Below the pieces are notes generated by a model. The model saw only the letters and a list, made by a program, of their open reading frames with translations, had not been told where the DNA came from and searched no databases. Shown here one piece after another: positions 1-10,600 of a stretch of 42,529 nt of DNA (its first letter is position 1; each line of letters starts with the position of its first letter). A program made the translations under genes and the position numbers. Where the stretch lies: positions 1 through 42,529 of the forward strand of contig JBDSLV010000113.1 in the NCBI GenBank assembly GCA_039916205.1, given 5' to 3'. Source of the stretch: Mesorhizobium sp. GTDB taxonomy: Bacteria; Pseudomonadota; Alphaproteobacteria; Rhizobiales; Rhizobiaceae.

Positions 1-42
1 TCCGGCAGGACAGAGGGGGGTGGGAAGAAACGCCGACAAACA

Positions 43-1269
43 ATGGCAGCCGTTTTTCTCGCGGCACTGTCTGTCTTCCTCCTTGCCGCGCCCGCCTCGG
101 CCGCCAGGATCGATGATCAATTCCGCGCCTGGCTGCAAAACGATCTCTGGCCAGAGGCCAACGCGAAGGGCATTTCCAGGAAAACGTTCGATGCCGCTTT
201 CGATGGCGTGAAGCCCAATCTCAAATTGCCTGATCTGGTGAAGCCGGGCGAGAAGGCAACGACGCCACGGAAACAGCATCAGGCCGAGTTTGGCTCGCCT
301 GGCGCCTATTTCGCCGAAAAGACCATCGGTGCCGTCACCGCTGGCGGTCGTACCCGCGAGGCCAGCAACGCCAGGACGCTTGCCGCGATTGAAAAGCGTT
401 ACGGCGTGCCGGGCGAGGTGCTGCTGGCGATCTGGGGCCGTGAAACCGGCTTCGGCGCGGCGAAAATGCCCTATGACGCCTTCGAAGTGCTTGGCACCAA
501 GGCCTTCATGTCGACCAAGAAGGATTTCTTTCGCACCGAGCTTTTGGCCGCACTGGAGATCGTCGAACGCGGCCTGGCGCCCGTCGGCGCCATGAAATCC
601 TCCTGGGCCGGCGCGCTAGGCCAGCCGCAGTTCATGCCGACCTCTTTCCTGAAACATGCCGTCGATTTCGACGGCGACGGTCGCGCCGACATCTGGAATT
701 CGACGCCGGACGTCCTGGCCTCGATCGCCAACTACCTCGTCCACTATGGCTGGGTGAAAGGCCGTGGCTGGGGCTTTGAGGTGACCGTACCCGAAGCCGT
801 CTCCTGTTCGCTGGAAGGCCCGGACCAGGGCAAGACGATTTCGCAATGGGCTGACATGGGCATCAAGCGTGTTGGCGGCAAAACCTTTCCGGCCAGCGAG
901 TTGAGCGCCGAGGGCTTCCTCCTGATGCCAGCTGGCCGCAGCGGCCCGGCCTTCATCGCCACGCCCAATTTCTACGTGCTGAAGGAATACAACACCAGCG
1001 ACCTCTACGCCTTGTTCATCGGTCATGGCGCTGACCGCATCGCCCATGGCGACAGCAATTTTACCGGCAACTGGGGCGCGGTTGGCGGGCTCTACCGTTC
1101 CGATATCGCCGCACTGCAACGGGCGCTCGAGGCCAAGGGCTATGACGTCGGCAGCGCCGATGGACTGCCCGGCTTCAAGACACGCCGCTCTATCGGCAAA
1201 TGGCAGGCCAAGAATGGCCGCGCCGCCACCTGCTTCCCCGATGCCGGCTTGGTCTCTGCTCTGAAATAG
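43..1269 (+). CDS. Lytic murein transglycosylase (MltB/SLT_2 family) with C-terminal peptidoglycan-binding domain
   Basis: Signal peptide; IWGRETGFG catalytic Glu motif; SSWAGALGQPQFMP; EF-hand-like DFDGDGRAD; C-terminal LQRALEAKGYD..DGLPGFKTR. The frame is open back to base 1, so the true start could lie upstream. Confidence 0.9.
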   Translation: MAAVFLAALSVFLLAAPASAARIDDQFRAWLQNDLWPEANAKGISRKTFDAAFDGVKPNLKLPDLVKPGEKATTPRKQHQAEFGSPGAYFAEKTIGAVTAGGRTREASNARTLAAIEKRYGVPGEVLLAIWGRETGFGAAKMPYDAFEVLGTKAFMSTKKDFFRTELLAALEIVERGLAPVGAMKSSWAGALGQPQFMPTSFLKHAVDFDGDGRADIWNSTPDVLASIANYLVHYGWVKGRGWGFEVTVPEAVSCSLEGPDQGKTISQWADMGIKRVGGKTFPASELSAEGFLLMPAGRSGPAFIATPNFYVLKEYNTSDLYALFIGHGADRIAHGDSNFTGNWGAVGGLYRSDIAALQRALEAKGYDVGSADGLPGFKTRRSIGKWQAKNGRAATCFPDAGLVSALK

Positions 1270-1523
1270 CCCGAGAATTGGCAGACTATTCCTGCCAGGC
1301 GGCATCGGTTAGCCGGTCCGTGCGTCGACGGGGCACGGGCCATCCTGCTTCAATAGGCTATCTTGCGAATGCGCGTTGTCGGCTTGGAAGCCGCCGGATA
1401 TGCTGTTGACCAAATGGACAAAAACCGCGACGTTAAGCGGTTAAGGGCCGTCACTCGGCCCCGAAAAAATCTGCACCCCTGAGCCGGGAACTCAGGTCAA
1501 CAAAAAAACAGGGAACAACCAAA

Positions 1524-3167
1524 ATGATGATGGAAAAACTAGCTCTACGCTCGCGTTTCTGGCTAGCGAGCGCGGCCGTATCCGGGCTGCTTCTGGTCGC
1601 CGCGCCCGCCTTTGCCGTCACACCCGCCGATACGCTGGTCGAGGGCTTTGCCATCGACGACATCATATCCATGGATCCCGGCGAGGCGTTCGAACTGTCG
1701 ACCGCCGAAATCACCGGCAACACCTATGATCTTCTGGTCCGCCTCGACCTCAGCGACACATCCAAGGTCAAGGGCGATCTCGCCGAAAGCTGGACGGTCT
1801 CCGATGATGGCCTGACCTACACTTTCAAGCTCAAGCCCGGCCTGAAATTCGCTTCCGGCAATCCGATCACCGCCGCTGACGTCGCCTACTCGTTCGAGCG
1901 CGCCGTGAAGCTGGACAAGAGCCCGGCCTTCATCATCGGCCAGTTCGGCCTCTCGGGCGACAACATCGCCGACAAGGCCAAGGCCGTCGATGACGCGACG
2001 TTCCAGTTCACCGTCGACAAGGCCTACGCGCCGAGCTTCGTGCTCAACTGCCTGTCGGCGACGGTCGCTTCGGTCGTCGACAGCAAGCTGGTCAAGGAAC
2101 ATGTCGCCGCGGTCACGCCCAGCGCCGACTACAAATACGACAACGACTTCGGCAATGCCTGGCTGAAGACAGGCTATGCCGGCTCCGGCGTCTACAAGCT
2201 GCGCGAATGGCGCGCCAACGAAGCCGTCGTCATGGAACGCAACGACAATTACTATGGCGAAAAGGCCAAGCTTGCCCGCGTCATCTACCGCAACATGAAG
2301 GAAAGCTCGGGCCAGCGCCTGGCGCTTGAAGCCGGCGACATCGACGTTGCCCGCAATCTTGAGCCGAACGATCTCGACGCCATCGCCAAGAATGCCGATC
2401 TCACCACCACCAGCGCGCCGAAGGGCACCGTCTACTACATCAGCCTCAACCAGAAGAATCCGAACCTGGCCAAACCCGAAGTGCGCCAGGCGTTCAAATA
2501 TCTGGTCGACTATGACGCGCTCGGCTCGACCATCCTCAAGGGCATCGGCGAGATCCACCAGACCTTCCTGCCCAAGGGCGTGCTGGGTGAACTGGACGAG
2601 AACCCCTTCAAGCTCGACGTCGCCAAGGCCAAGGAACTGCTGGAGAAGGCAGGCCTGAAGGACGGCTTCAGCGTCACCATGGACGTGCGCAGCGGCCAGC
2701 CGACCACCGGCATGGCGGAATCGATCCAGCAGACGCTGGGACAGGCCGGCATCAAGCTGGAGATCATTCCCGGCGACGGCAAGCAGACGCTGACCAAATA
2801 CCGCGCCCGCAACCATGACATCTATATCGGCAACTGGGGCCAGGATTACTTTGATCCGAATTCCAATGCCCAGACCTTCGCCAGCAACCCCGACAACGCG
2901 GATACAGGCAAGTCCCACACGCTCGCCTGGCGCAATGCCTGGGACATTCCGGAGCTGACCAAGGAGACGGAAGCGGCCCTGCTCGAGAAGGATGCCGGCA
3001 AGCGCGCCGACATGTACAAGGACCTCGAGAAGAAGATCCTCGACACCAGCCCCTTCGTCATCATTCATCAGCAGCTGGAAGTGGCTGGTGTGCGCAAGAA
3101 CCTCAAGAACTTCGTACTCGGCCCAAGCTTCGACACCAACTTCGTTGGCCCGATCTCCAAGGAGTGA
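1524..3167 (+). CDS. Peptide ABC transporter periplasmic binding protein (family 5, DppA/DdpA-like)
   Basis: Signal peptide ending AFA; LAESWTVSDDGLTYTFKLKPGLKF family-5 signature; first gene of the ABC operon. Confidence 0.93.
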   Translation: MMMEKLALRSRFWLASAAVSGLLLVAAPAFAVTPADTLVEGFAIDDIISMDPGEAFELSTAEITGNTYDLLVRLDLSDTSKVKGDLAESWTVSDDGLTYTFKLKPGLKFASGNPITAADVAYSFERAVKLDKSPAFIIGQFGLSGDNIADKAKAVDDATFQFTVDKAYAPSFVLNCLSATVASVVDSKLVKEHVAAVTPSADYKYDNDFGNAWLKTGYAGSGVYKLREWRANEAVVMERNDNYYGEKAKLARVIYRNMKESSGQRLALEAGDIDVARNLEPNDLDAIAKNADLTTTSAPKGTVYYISLNQKNPNLAKPEVRQAFKYLVDYDALGSTILKGIGEIHQTFLPKGVLGELDENPFKLDVAKAKELLEKAGLKDGFSVTMDVRSGQPTTGMAESIQQTLGQAGIKLEIIPGDGKQTLTKYRARNHDIYIGNWGQDYFDPNSNAQTFASNPDNADTGKSHTLAWRNAWDIPELTKETEAALLEKDAGKRADMYKDLEKKILDTSPFVIIHQQLEVAGVRKNLKNFVLGPSFDTNFVGPISKE

Positions 3168-3185
3168 TGGCGGCGGACGCGCCGC

Positions 3186-4253
3186 ATGAGCGCGATTGAG
3201 AACGAAACGGCGGCGGTGCGCGGCGGTGTCCGCGCCGCCGCTGTTGCGTCGGCGATCGGCCGGTTCCTGATCATCGCGATAACGACCTATCTCGGTCTTC
3301 TCGCGGTGACCTTCTTCATTGGCCGGGTTATCCCGATCGACCCGGTGCTGGCGGTGCTGGGCGACCGGGCGCCGGCCAACGTCGTCGAACGCACTCGGCG
3401 CGAGATGGGCCTCGACCTGCCGCTGATCGAGCAGTTCTACATCTATGTGAAGGCAGCCCTCCATGGTGACTTCGGCACCTCGGTGCTGACCACCAATCCG
3501 GTCATGGCCGATATCCGCCGCACCTTTCCGGCTACCATCGAACTGGCGACGCTAGGCACCCTGATCGGTTCGCTGATCGGCGTGCCGCTCGGTGTGCTGG
3601 CCGCGGTCAAGCGCGGCAGCCTCATCGACCAGATCGTCCGCATCATCGGCCTGATCGGCTATTCCGTGCCGATCTTCTGGATCGGTCTTCTGGCGCTGTT
3701 GCTGTTCTACGCCAAGCTGCGATGGGTGGCCTTCCCCGGGCGGCTCGACGTCGCCTATGAATATACCTTCACGCCGATCACCGGTTTCTATCTCCTGGAT
3801 GCGCTGTGGCAGCGGCAATGGGACGTTTTCTACGACGCCTTGCGCCACATCATTCTGCCCGCCGCGCTGCTCGGCTATTTCTCGCTTGCCTATATCAGCC
3901 GCATGACCCGCTCGTTCATGCTGAACGAACTCGCCCAGGAATACATCGTCGCGGCGCGCGCCAAGGGCCTGTCGGAAACACGCATCATCTGGGGCCATGC
4001 GCTGCGCAATGCCGCGGTGCCGATGGTCACGGTGATCGCCCTGTCCTATGCCGGACTTCTTGAAGGGTCGGTGCTAACCGAGACGGTGTTTTCGTGGCCG
4101 GGCATCGGCCTCTATATCACCGACTCGCTGCAGAATGCCGACATGAACGCGGTACTCGGCGGCACCATCGTCATCGGTTCGGTGTTCATCGCCATCAATC
4201 TACTGTCCGACGTCCTCTACAAGGTGCTCGATCCAAGGACCAAAGTCGGATGA
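3186..4253 (+). CDS. Peptide ABC transporter permease (DppB/DdpB-like)
   Basis: Hydrophobic helices; GLDLPLIEQF; EAA loop YIVAARAKGLS; ETVFSWPGIG. Confidence 0.93.
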   Translation: MSAIENETAAVRGGVRAAAVASAIGRFLIIAITTYLGLLAVTFFIGRVIPIDPVLAVLGDRAPANVVERTRREMGLDLPLIEQFYIYVKAALHGDFGTSVLTTNPVMADIRRTFPATIELATLGTLIGSLIGVPLGVLAAVKRGSLIDQIVRIIGLIGYSVPIFWIGLLALLLFYAKLRWVAFPGRLDVAYEYTFTPITGFYLLDALWQRQWDVFYDALRHIILPAALLGYFSLAYISRMTRSFMLNELAQEYIVAARAKGLSETRIIWGHALRNAAVPMVTVIALSYAGLLEGSVLTETVFSWPGIGLYITDSLQNADMNAVLGGTIVIGSVFIAINLLSDVLYKVLDPRTKVG

Positions 4254-5170
4254 GTGTAGAGACGATCCCAAGCCGCCGCGACTGGCTGCTCAGCGAGCGG
4301 CCGGCGTCGCGCATGCAGGCAAGGCTCGGCCGCGCCTATGTCGCGTGGCGGCGCTTTTCCGCAAACCGGCTGGCCTTCGTCGGCCTGCTGATCATCATCG
4401 GGCTGCTGGTGGTGGCCGCGTTGGCCGATCTGCTGGCGCCTTATTCGCCGACATTCGGCGATCTCAAGAACTCGCGGTTGCTGGCGCCGAGTGCCGTGCA
4501 CTGGTTCGGCACCGACGATCTTGGCAGGGATATCCTTTCGCGTATCATCTATGGTTCGCGCTGGACGCTCTATGTGGTGGTGCTCGTCGCTGTCATAGCG
4601 GCTCCGATCGGCCTGCTGGTCGGCACCGTGGCCGGCTATGCCGGCGGCTGGGTCGACGCGATCCTGATGCGCATCACCGATATTTTCCTGGCCTTCCCGA
4701 AGCTGATCCTCGCATTGGCATTTGTCGCCGCTCTTGGCCCCGGCATTCAAAACGCGGTGCTCGCCATCGCCATCACCTCGTGGCCGCCCTATGCCCGTAT
4801 CGCGCGCGCCGAGACACTCACCGTGCGCAATTCGGATTACATCAAGGCGGTGCAATTGATGGGCGCTTCGCCGTTTCGCATCGTGCTGCGCCACATCATG
4901 CCGCTCTGCATCTCGTCGCTGATCATCAGGGTGACGCTCGACATGGCCGGCATCATCCTCACCGCCGCCGGCCTCGGCTTCCTTGGTCTTGGCGCGCAGC
5001 CGCCGTTGCCGGAATGGGGCGCGATGATCGCGTCGGGCCGCCGTTTCGTGCTCGATCAATGGTGGGTGGCCGGCGCGCCGGGCGGCGCCATCCTCATCGT
5101 CAGCCTCGGTTTCAACCTGCTTGGCGACGGCCTGCGCGACGCGCTCGATCCCCGCAGTGGTGACCAATGA
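4250..5170 (+). CDS. Peptide ABC transporter permease (DppC/DdpC-like)
   Basis: ATG at 4250 overlaps the upstream stop (ATGA); HWFGTDDLGRDILSRIIYG; LGFLGLGAQPPLPEWG. Confidence 0.93.
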   Translation: MSVETIPSRRDWLLSERPASRMQARLGRAYVAWRRFSANRLAFVGLLIIIGLLVVAALADLLAPYSPTFGDLKNSRLLAPSAVHWFGTDDLGRDILSRIIYGSRWTLYVVVLVAVIAAPIGLLVGTVAGYAGGWVDAILMRITDIFLAFPKLILALAFVAALGPGIQNAVLAIAITSWPPYARIARAETLTVRNSDYIKAVQLMGASPFRIVLRHIMPLCISSLIIRVTLDMAGIILTAAGLGFLGLGAQPPLPEWGAMIASGRRFVLDQWWVAGAPGGAILIVSLGFNLLGDGLRDALDPRSGDQ

Positions 5171-6000
5171 GCACGCTTCTTGAGGTCGACGATCTTCGCG
5201 TCACCTACCCGACCCGCACCGGCGTGATCGAGGCCGTGCGCGGCGTTTCGTTTTCGCTTGGCCGCGAGCGGCTCGGTATTGTCGGCGAGTCTGGCTCGGG
5301 CAAATCGCAGACCGGCCGCGCCATCATGGGCCTGACGCCACCGCAGGCCCTCATATCGGCGAAGAAGCTTGCCTTTGACGGCATCGATCTGCTCTCGGCA
5401 TCGCCGCGCGATCGCCGGGCGTTGCGGGGAAAACGCATCGCCATGATCCTGCAGGACCCGAAATATTCGCTCGATCCGGTGATGAGCATAGGCCGCCAGA
5501 TCGTCGAGACGCTGCGCACGCATGAGAAGGTGGGCAAGGCCGAGGCGCGCGACCGGGCGCTGGCGATGCTGGAAGCCGTGCAGATCCGCGACCCCGGGCG
5601 CGTCTTCGACCTGCATCCGCATGAAGTGTCCGGCGGCATGGGCCAGCGCGCCATGATCGCCATGATGCTGATTGCTGGGCCGGAGATGATGATCGCCGAC
5701 GAGCCGACCTCGGCGCTCGACGTGACGGTGCAGCTTGATGTGCTCGGCATTCTCGACAGGCTGGTCAGTGAGCGCGGCATGGGACTTATCTTCGTCTCGC
5801 ATGACCTGCGCCTGGTCTCGTCTTTCTGCGACCGGGTCATCGTCATGTATGCCGGCAAGGTGGTCGAGCAGCTCAAGGCGTCCGAACTCGGCCAGGCCCA
5901 GCATCCCTATACGCGCGGCCTGCTCAACTGCATGCCCAAGATCGGCGCCGATCGCCACCCGCTGCCGGTGCTCGACCGCAAGCCGGAGTGGGCGGCATGA
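5167..6000 (+). CDS. Peptide ABC transporter ATPase (DppD-like)
   Basis: Walker A GESGSGKS; signature VSGGMGQR; Walker B MIADEPT; HPYT motif; ATGA coupling. Confidence 0.93.
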   Translation: MSTLLEVDDLRVTYPTRTGVIEAVRGVSFSLGRERLGIVGESGSGKSQTGRAIMGLTPPQALISAKKLAFDGIDLLSASPRDRRALRGKRIAMILQDPKYSLDPVMSIGRQIVETLRTHEKVGKAEARDRALAMLEAVQIRDPGRVFDLHPHEVSGGMGQRAMIAMMLIAGPEMMIADEPTSALDVTVQLDVLGILDRLVSERGMGLIFVSHDLRLVSSFCDRVIVMYAGKVVEQLKASELGQAQHPYTRGLLNCMPKIGADRHPLPVLDRKPEWAA

Positions 6001-6746
6001 CGGCGGCACTCTCCGTTGACAGACTGGAAGTGATTTTCGACCGTTTCCGCGCCTTGAAAGGCGTCAGCCTTGAGGTCCAGTCGGGAGAATCCTTCGGGCT
6101 GGTCGGTGAATCCGGTTCCGGCAAGTCGACGTTGCTGCGCGCCATTGCCGGCCTTGCGCCAGTCGCCTCGGGCACCATCACGGTCAACGGCAAGTCGCTT
6201 GGTACGCGCCGCGACAAGGCCTTCTACCGCGAGGTGCAGATGGTCTTCCAGGACCCCTATGGCTCGCTGCATCCGCGCCAGACCGTCGACCGCCTGTTGC
6301 AGGAGCCGCTTGCCATCCACGGCTTCGCCGATGGCGAACAGCGCATCCAGCGCGCGCTGGACGAGGTCGGCCTCGGCAATGGCTTTCGCTTTCGTTATTC
6401 GCACCAATTGTCGGGTGGCCAGCGCCAGCGCGTAGCGATCGCGCGCGCGCTGATTCTCGAGCCTTCGATCCTGCTGCTCGACGAGCCGACCTCGGCGCTC
6501 GACGCCTCGGTGCAGGCGGAAGTGCTGAACCTGCTGGAAGAGATCCGCAGGCGGCGCAAACTGACCTTCCTCATGGTCAGCCACGACCTCGCCATCATCA
6601 CCCATATGTGCGAGCGGCTGATGGTGATGCAAAGCGGCGAGGCGGTGGAAAATCTCGCGGCGAACGATCTGGTCGAGCGGCGCGTCACCAAGGACTACAC
6701 GCGCAATCTGCTGAAGGCGAGCGACGGCTTTGTCAGGACGGCGTGA
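5997..6746 (+). CDS. Peptide ABC transporter ATPase (DppF-like)
   Basis: Walker A GESGSGKST; LSGGQRQR; LLLDEPT; ATG at 5997 overlaps the previous stop. Confidence 0.93.
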   Translation: MTAALSVDRLEVIFDRFRALKGVSLEVQSGESFGLVGESGSGKSTLLRAIAGLAPVASGTITVNGKSLGTRRDKAFYREVQMVFQDPYGSLHPRQTVDRLLQEPLAIHGFADGEQRIQRALDEVGLGNGFRFRYSHQLSGGQRQRVAIARALILEPSILLLDEPTSALDASVQAEVLNLLEEIRRRRKLTFLMVSHDLAIITHMCERLMVMQSGEAVENLAANDLVERRVTKDYTRNLLKASDGFVRTA

Positions 6747-6761
6747 CGCCACTTGCCTCCT

Positions 6762-7443
6762 TCATTCAACGCTTTTGTATCCGACCCAGCCCTTGAACGT
6801 GAACCCGGCATAGAACAGTTCGACATCCGAGAATCCTGCCTCGCGCAGGATGGCTTCATCCTGCGCGGGAGAAAGCACTGGCAACCGCTCTTTCATCGCC
6901 TGGATGCGGTTCACGGCCTGAGATGCCGCCACTCCGGATGCAGCCGCGAATGCGGTAGTGCGGGCGAGCCACCTGTCCATTTCCGCGCCCTTGTTGGGAA
7001 AGCTGTGATGCGCGGCGACGAAAGGCGCGCCGGGCTTGAGCCGGCGCTGGATCGCCCGCAGTGTCTGGCGCCGCTCCGGCTCTGGCAGGAAGTGAAGTGT
7101 CAGAAGGCAGGTCGCGCCGTCGAACGGGCCGTCGGGAGACGCTGTCGATATAGCCTTCGTGGAACGTCACACGAGAAGCATCTGACCCGAGCCTGGTTTT
7201 GGCCAGTTGCAGCATCTCGGCCGACGGGTCCACGCCATCGAAGCGCCAGTTTGGCTGCATCTGCGAAAAAACCTTTAGCTCCATCCCACCGCCGGCGCCG
7301 AGAACCAGGATACGTGCGTCCCCAGGTGCCCGCTCGGCCAGAAGCAGGCCGGTCATCCGGTGCAGATGGTGAAGACCCGGCACGACTTGCTCTGTTCTGC
7401 CTGCATATCCTGAAACAGCATTGGCATTGGAAAACGATGACAT
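6762..7443 (-). pseudogene. Class I SAM-dependent methyltransferase split by a +1 frameshift near 7137-7140
   Basis: The N-half has the SAM motif ILVLGAGGG and DGVDPSAEML. Removing one base from minus-strand AGC GTCT CCC joins it to DGPFDGATCLLTLHFL..RRLKPGAPF and to the C-terminal ORF 6762-6980. Confidence 0.85.
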
Positions 7444-7514
7444 CTTGAATCTCCATCTCGGACCGTTGTTCCCGAAGAAGGTGCAGGGGGAGGAGAGGCA
7501 GCTATCGCGCTTTA

Positions 7515-7533
7515 TGTAACTTTAAATGTTACA
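7515..7533. promoter_or_regulatory. Palindromic operator TGTAAC-N7-GTTACA upstream of the methyltransferase
   Basis: TGTAAC TTTAAAT GTTACA has perfect 6-bp arms, lies in an AT-rich patch and is about 70 bp upstream of the ATG. Confidence 0.65.
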
Positions 7534-7683
7534 AATCGAGAGCTTCTTCAAAACATGTGGCAATTCGCGCCCAAAAGCAGATTTTCGGGCAACGGGAATT
7601 CGGATGGAAGTCGCCTCCCTAACCGGAAGCGCTGCCGAGCGAAGCCAATGCCATCGGCTTCGCGCTCTCGCGGCACAGGATTT

Positions 7684-10600
7684 TCAGGCCGGTACGGCGG
7701 CGGGCTCGTCAGTTTCCGGGATCGGCTGGTCGGTGTTGTCCTTCGGCTCCTTGATGCGGAACCAGGCGACATAGAGCGCCGGCAGGAACAGCAAGGTAAT
7801 CGCCGTGCCGGCGATGATGCCGCCCATCATGGCGAAGGCCATCGGCGCCCAGAACACCTCGCGCGCGATCGGGATCAGTGCCAGGCTTGCTGCTGCCGCG
7901 GTCAGCGCAATTGGCCGCATGCGGTGTTCGGTGGCCTCGATCACCGCCGCCCAGCGGTCCTTGCCTTCGCGCACCAGGTCCTCGATCTGCACGATCAGGA
8001 TGACCGAGTTGCGGATCAGGATGCCGATCAGCGCCAGCACGCCGAGAATGGCGACGAAGCCGAGCGGCGCACCGCTCGGCAACAGCGCCGCGACCACGCC
8101 GATCAGCCCCAGTGGCGCGACGGCAACGACCAGGAACAGGCGCTGGAAGCTTTGCAGCTGGATCATCAGGATCGTCGCCATGATGAACAGCATCAGCGGC
8201 ACCACGGCGGCGATCGGCCCCTGGCTCTTGGAACTCTCTTCAACCGACCCTGCTGTTTCCACCGCGTAGCCGACTGGCAGCTTGGCGATGAAGGCGTTGA
8301 CCGATGGCTTCAGCTCATTGACCACGGTGTCCGGCAAGGCAGCGCCGACAAGGCCGGCCTGCACCGTGATCGTCGGCACGCGGCTGCGCCGCCAGACCGT
8401 CGGCTGTTCCAGCTCGTAGTGGAAATTGGCGGCGGCGGCGAGCGGGATGGATTCGCCATTGCCGGTCGGCAGCTGCATGTTGCGCAGTGTCTCGATCGAG
8501 CCGCGCTCGGCCTCTCGCGAGCGCACGATGACATTGACGAGATAGGTGGCGTCGCGCACCTGGGTGATGGTGACGCCGCCGACCACGCTGTTCAGCGCAT
8601 TGGAAATGGCCGAGGAGGTGACGCCGAGCTGGCGTGCCTTGTCCTGCAGCACGTCGACTTTCAACACTCGCGACGGCTCGTTCCAGTCGAAGGTCGGCGC
8701 GCCGAGCTTCGGATTGGCCGAGATCACGCCGGCCAGCTGTTGCGACAGTGTCCTCACCGTCTGCGTGTCGGGACCGCTGACGCGATATTGCACCGGCCGG
8801 CCGACAGGTGGGCCGAGCTCAAGCGTTTTGACGAATGCATCGGTGCCGACAAAGTCCTCGCGCAGCATATTCTCGACCGCGCTCTTCACCCTGTTGCGGG
8901 CCTCGATGTTCTTCGTGACGATAACGGTCTGGCCGAAATAGGGGTTGGCCGGCTTCACGTCGTAGGCCAGCACGAAGCGCACCGCGCCCTGGCCGATGTA
9001 GGAACTCCAGTGCTCGATATCGGAATTGCCGGCGAGCGCGGCCTTCTCGAAACGCTCCATCTGGTCACGCGTCTCGGCGATCGAACTGTTCTGCGGCAGG
9101 TTCCAGTCGACGATCAGTTCGGGCCGGTCGGAGGACGGGAAGAACTGCTGCTGGACGAAGCCCATGCCGACGATCGATGCGGCAAACAAGATCGCTGTTG
9201 CCAGGATGGTCAGCCAATGGTGGCGCACCGACCCGACAAGCGCGCTGCGGAACAGCGAGGTGAAACGGCCGGGCTTGTCCTGATGCTTGTGTTTCATCGT
9301 CGCCGGCAAAATGGTGACGCCAAGCAGCGGCGCGAACAGCACCGCGACGATCCAGGACACCAGCAGCGACACGGCAATGACGACGAACAGCGTGTAGGTG
9401 TATTCGCCGGCGGCACTGTTGTTGAGGCCGATCGGAATGAAGCCGGTGACCGTCACCAGCGTTCCGGTCAGCATCGGGAAGGCTGTCGATGTGTAGACAT
9501 AGGTCGCTGCCTTGCGCAGCGTGTCGCCGGCTTCCAGCCGCGCCACCATCATCTCGACGGCAATCATCGCGTCGTCGACCAGCAGGCCAAGCGCGATGAT
9601 CAGCGCGCCCAGCGAAATGCGCTGCAGCGAGATGCCGAGATAGTCCATGAACAGGAAGGTGATGGCCAGCACCAGCGGGATCGACAGCGCCACGACGAAA
9701 CCGGCGCGCATGCCGAGGCTGATGAAGGAGACGGCAAGCACGATCGCCACCGCCTCGAACAGGGCGCGGGTGAAGCCCGACACCGCCTCCTCGACGATGA
9801 CCGGCTGGTCGGCGACCAGATGCACGCCGACGCCGACCGGCAGATCGGCGACAATCCGGTCCATCTCGACCTTCAGCGCCTTGCCGAATTCGAGCAGGTT
9901 GGCGTTGGGCTTCATGCCGATGGCAAGCCCGATCGCGTCCTCGCCGTTGAAGCGGAACAGTGCCGCCGGCGGGTCGGCATAGCCACGGGTGATGGTCGCT
10001 ACATCGCTCAGCCGGAAGAAGCGATCGTTTACGCGCAGGTTGATGGCGCGCAGGCTGTCCTCGGAGGTGAACTGGCCCGACACCCGCACGCTGACGCGCT
10101 CCGGGCCGGCTTCGATCACGCCGGAGGGCGCAATGGCATTCTGCGCCTGCAGGCTGGCGACGATCGCCTGCTGGTTCAATCCAAGTGCGGCGATCTGGCG
10201 GGTCGAGAACTCGAGGTAGATCGCCTCGTCCTGGGCGCCGATGAGATCGACCTTGCCGGCATTGGGTACGGCCAGGATTCTTGTCCGCGCCAACTCGACA
10301 TAGTCGCGCAACTGGCGCGGCGTCAGCCCGTCCGACGTGAACGCGTAGACATTGCCGTAGACGTCGCCAAAACTGTCGTTGAAAAACGGCCCTTGCACAC
10401 CTTCGGGAAACTGCGCGCGGATGTCATTGATCATGTTGCGGATGCGCACCCAGGTCGGTGCAACATCGCGGGCCTTGGTCGACGGCTTCAGGTTGACGAA
10501 GACGACGGTCTTGCCGGCGGTGGTGACCGACTTGCTGTAGTCGAGGCTGTCGAGTTCCTCGAGTTTCTTCTCGATGCGGTCGGTGACTTGCCGCAGCGTC

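Noticed and set aside
1433-1444. TTAA-GCGG-TTAA as a CtrA box
   Set aside because: The spacer is 4 bp, not the 7 bp of TTAA-N7-TTAA
1563-3464. 633-aa minus-strand ORF, and similar ones at 31402-33228, 24475-25647 and 16466-17563
   Set aside because: Antisense shadows caused by codon bias; the opposite strand carries the recognisable proteins
7486-7498. Minus-strand CCTCTCCTCCCCC as a cuckoo-type sRNA
   Set aside because: A single copy without repeated flanking hairpins; at most an anti-SD in the methyltransferase leader
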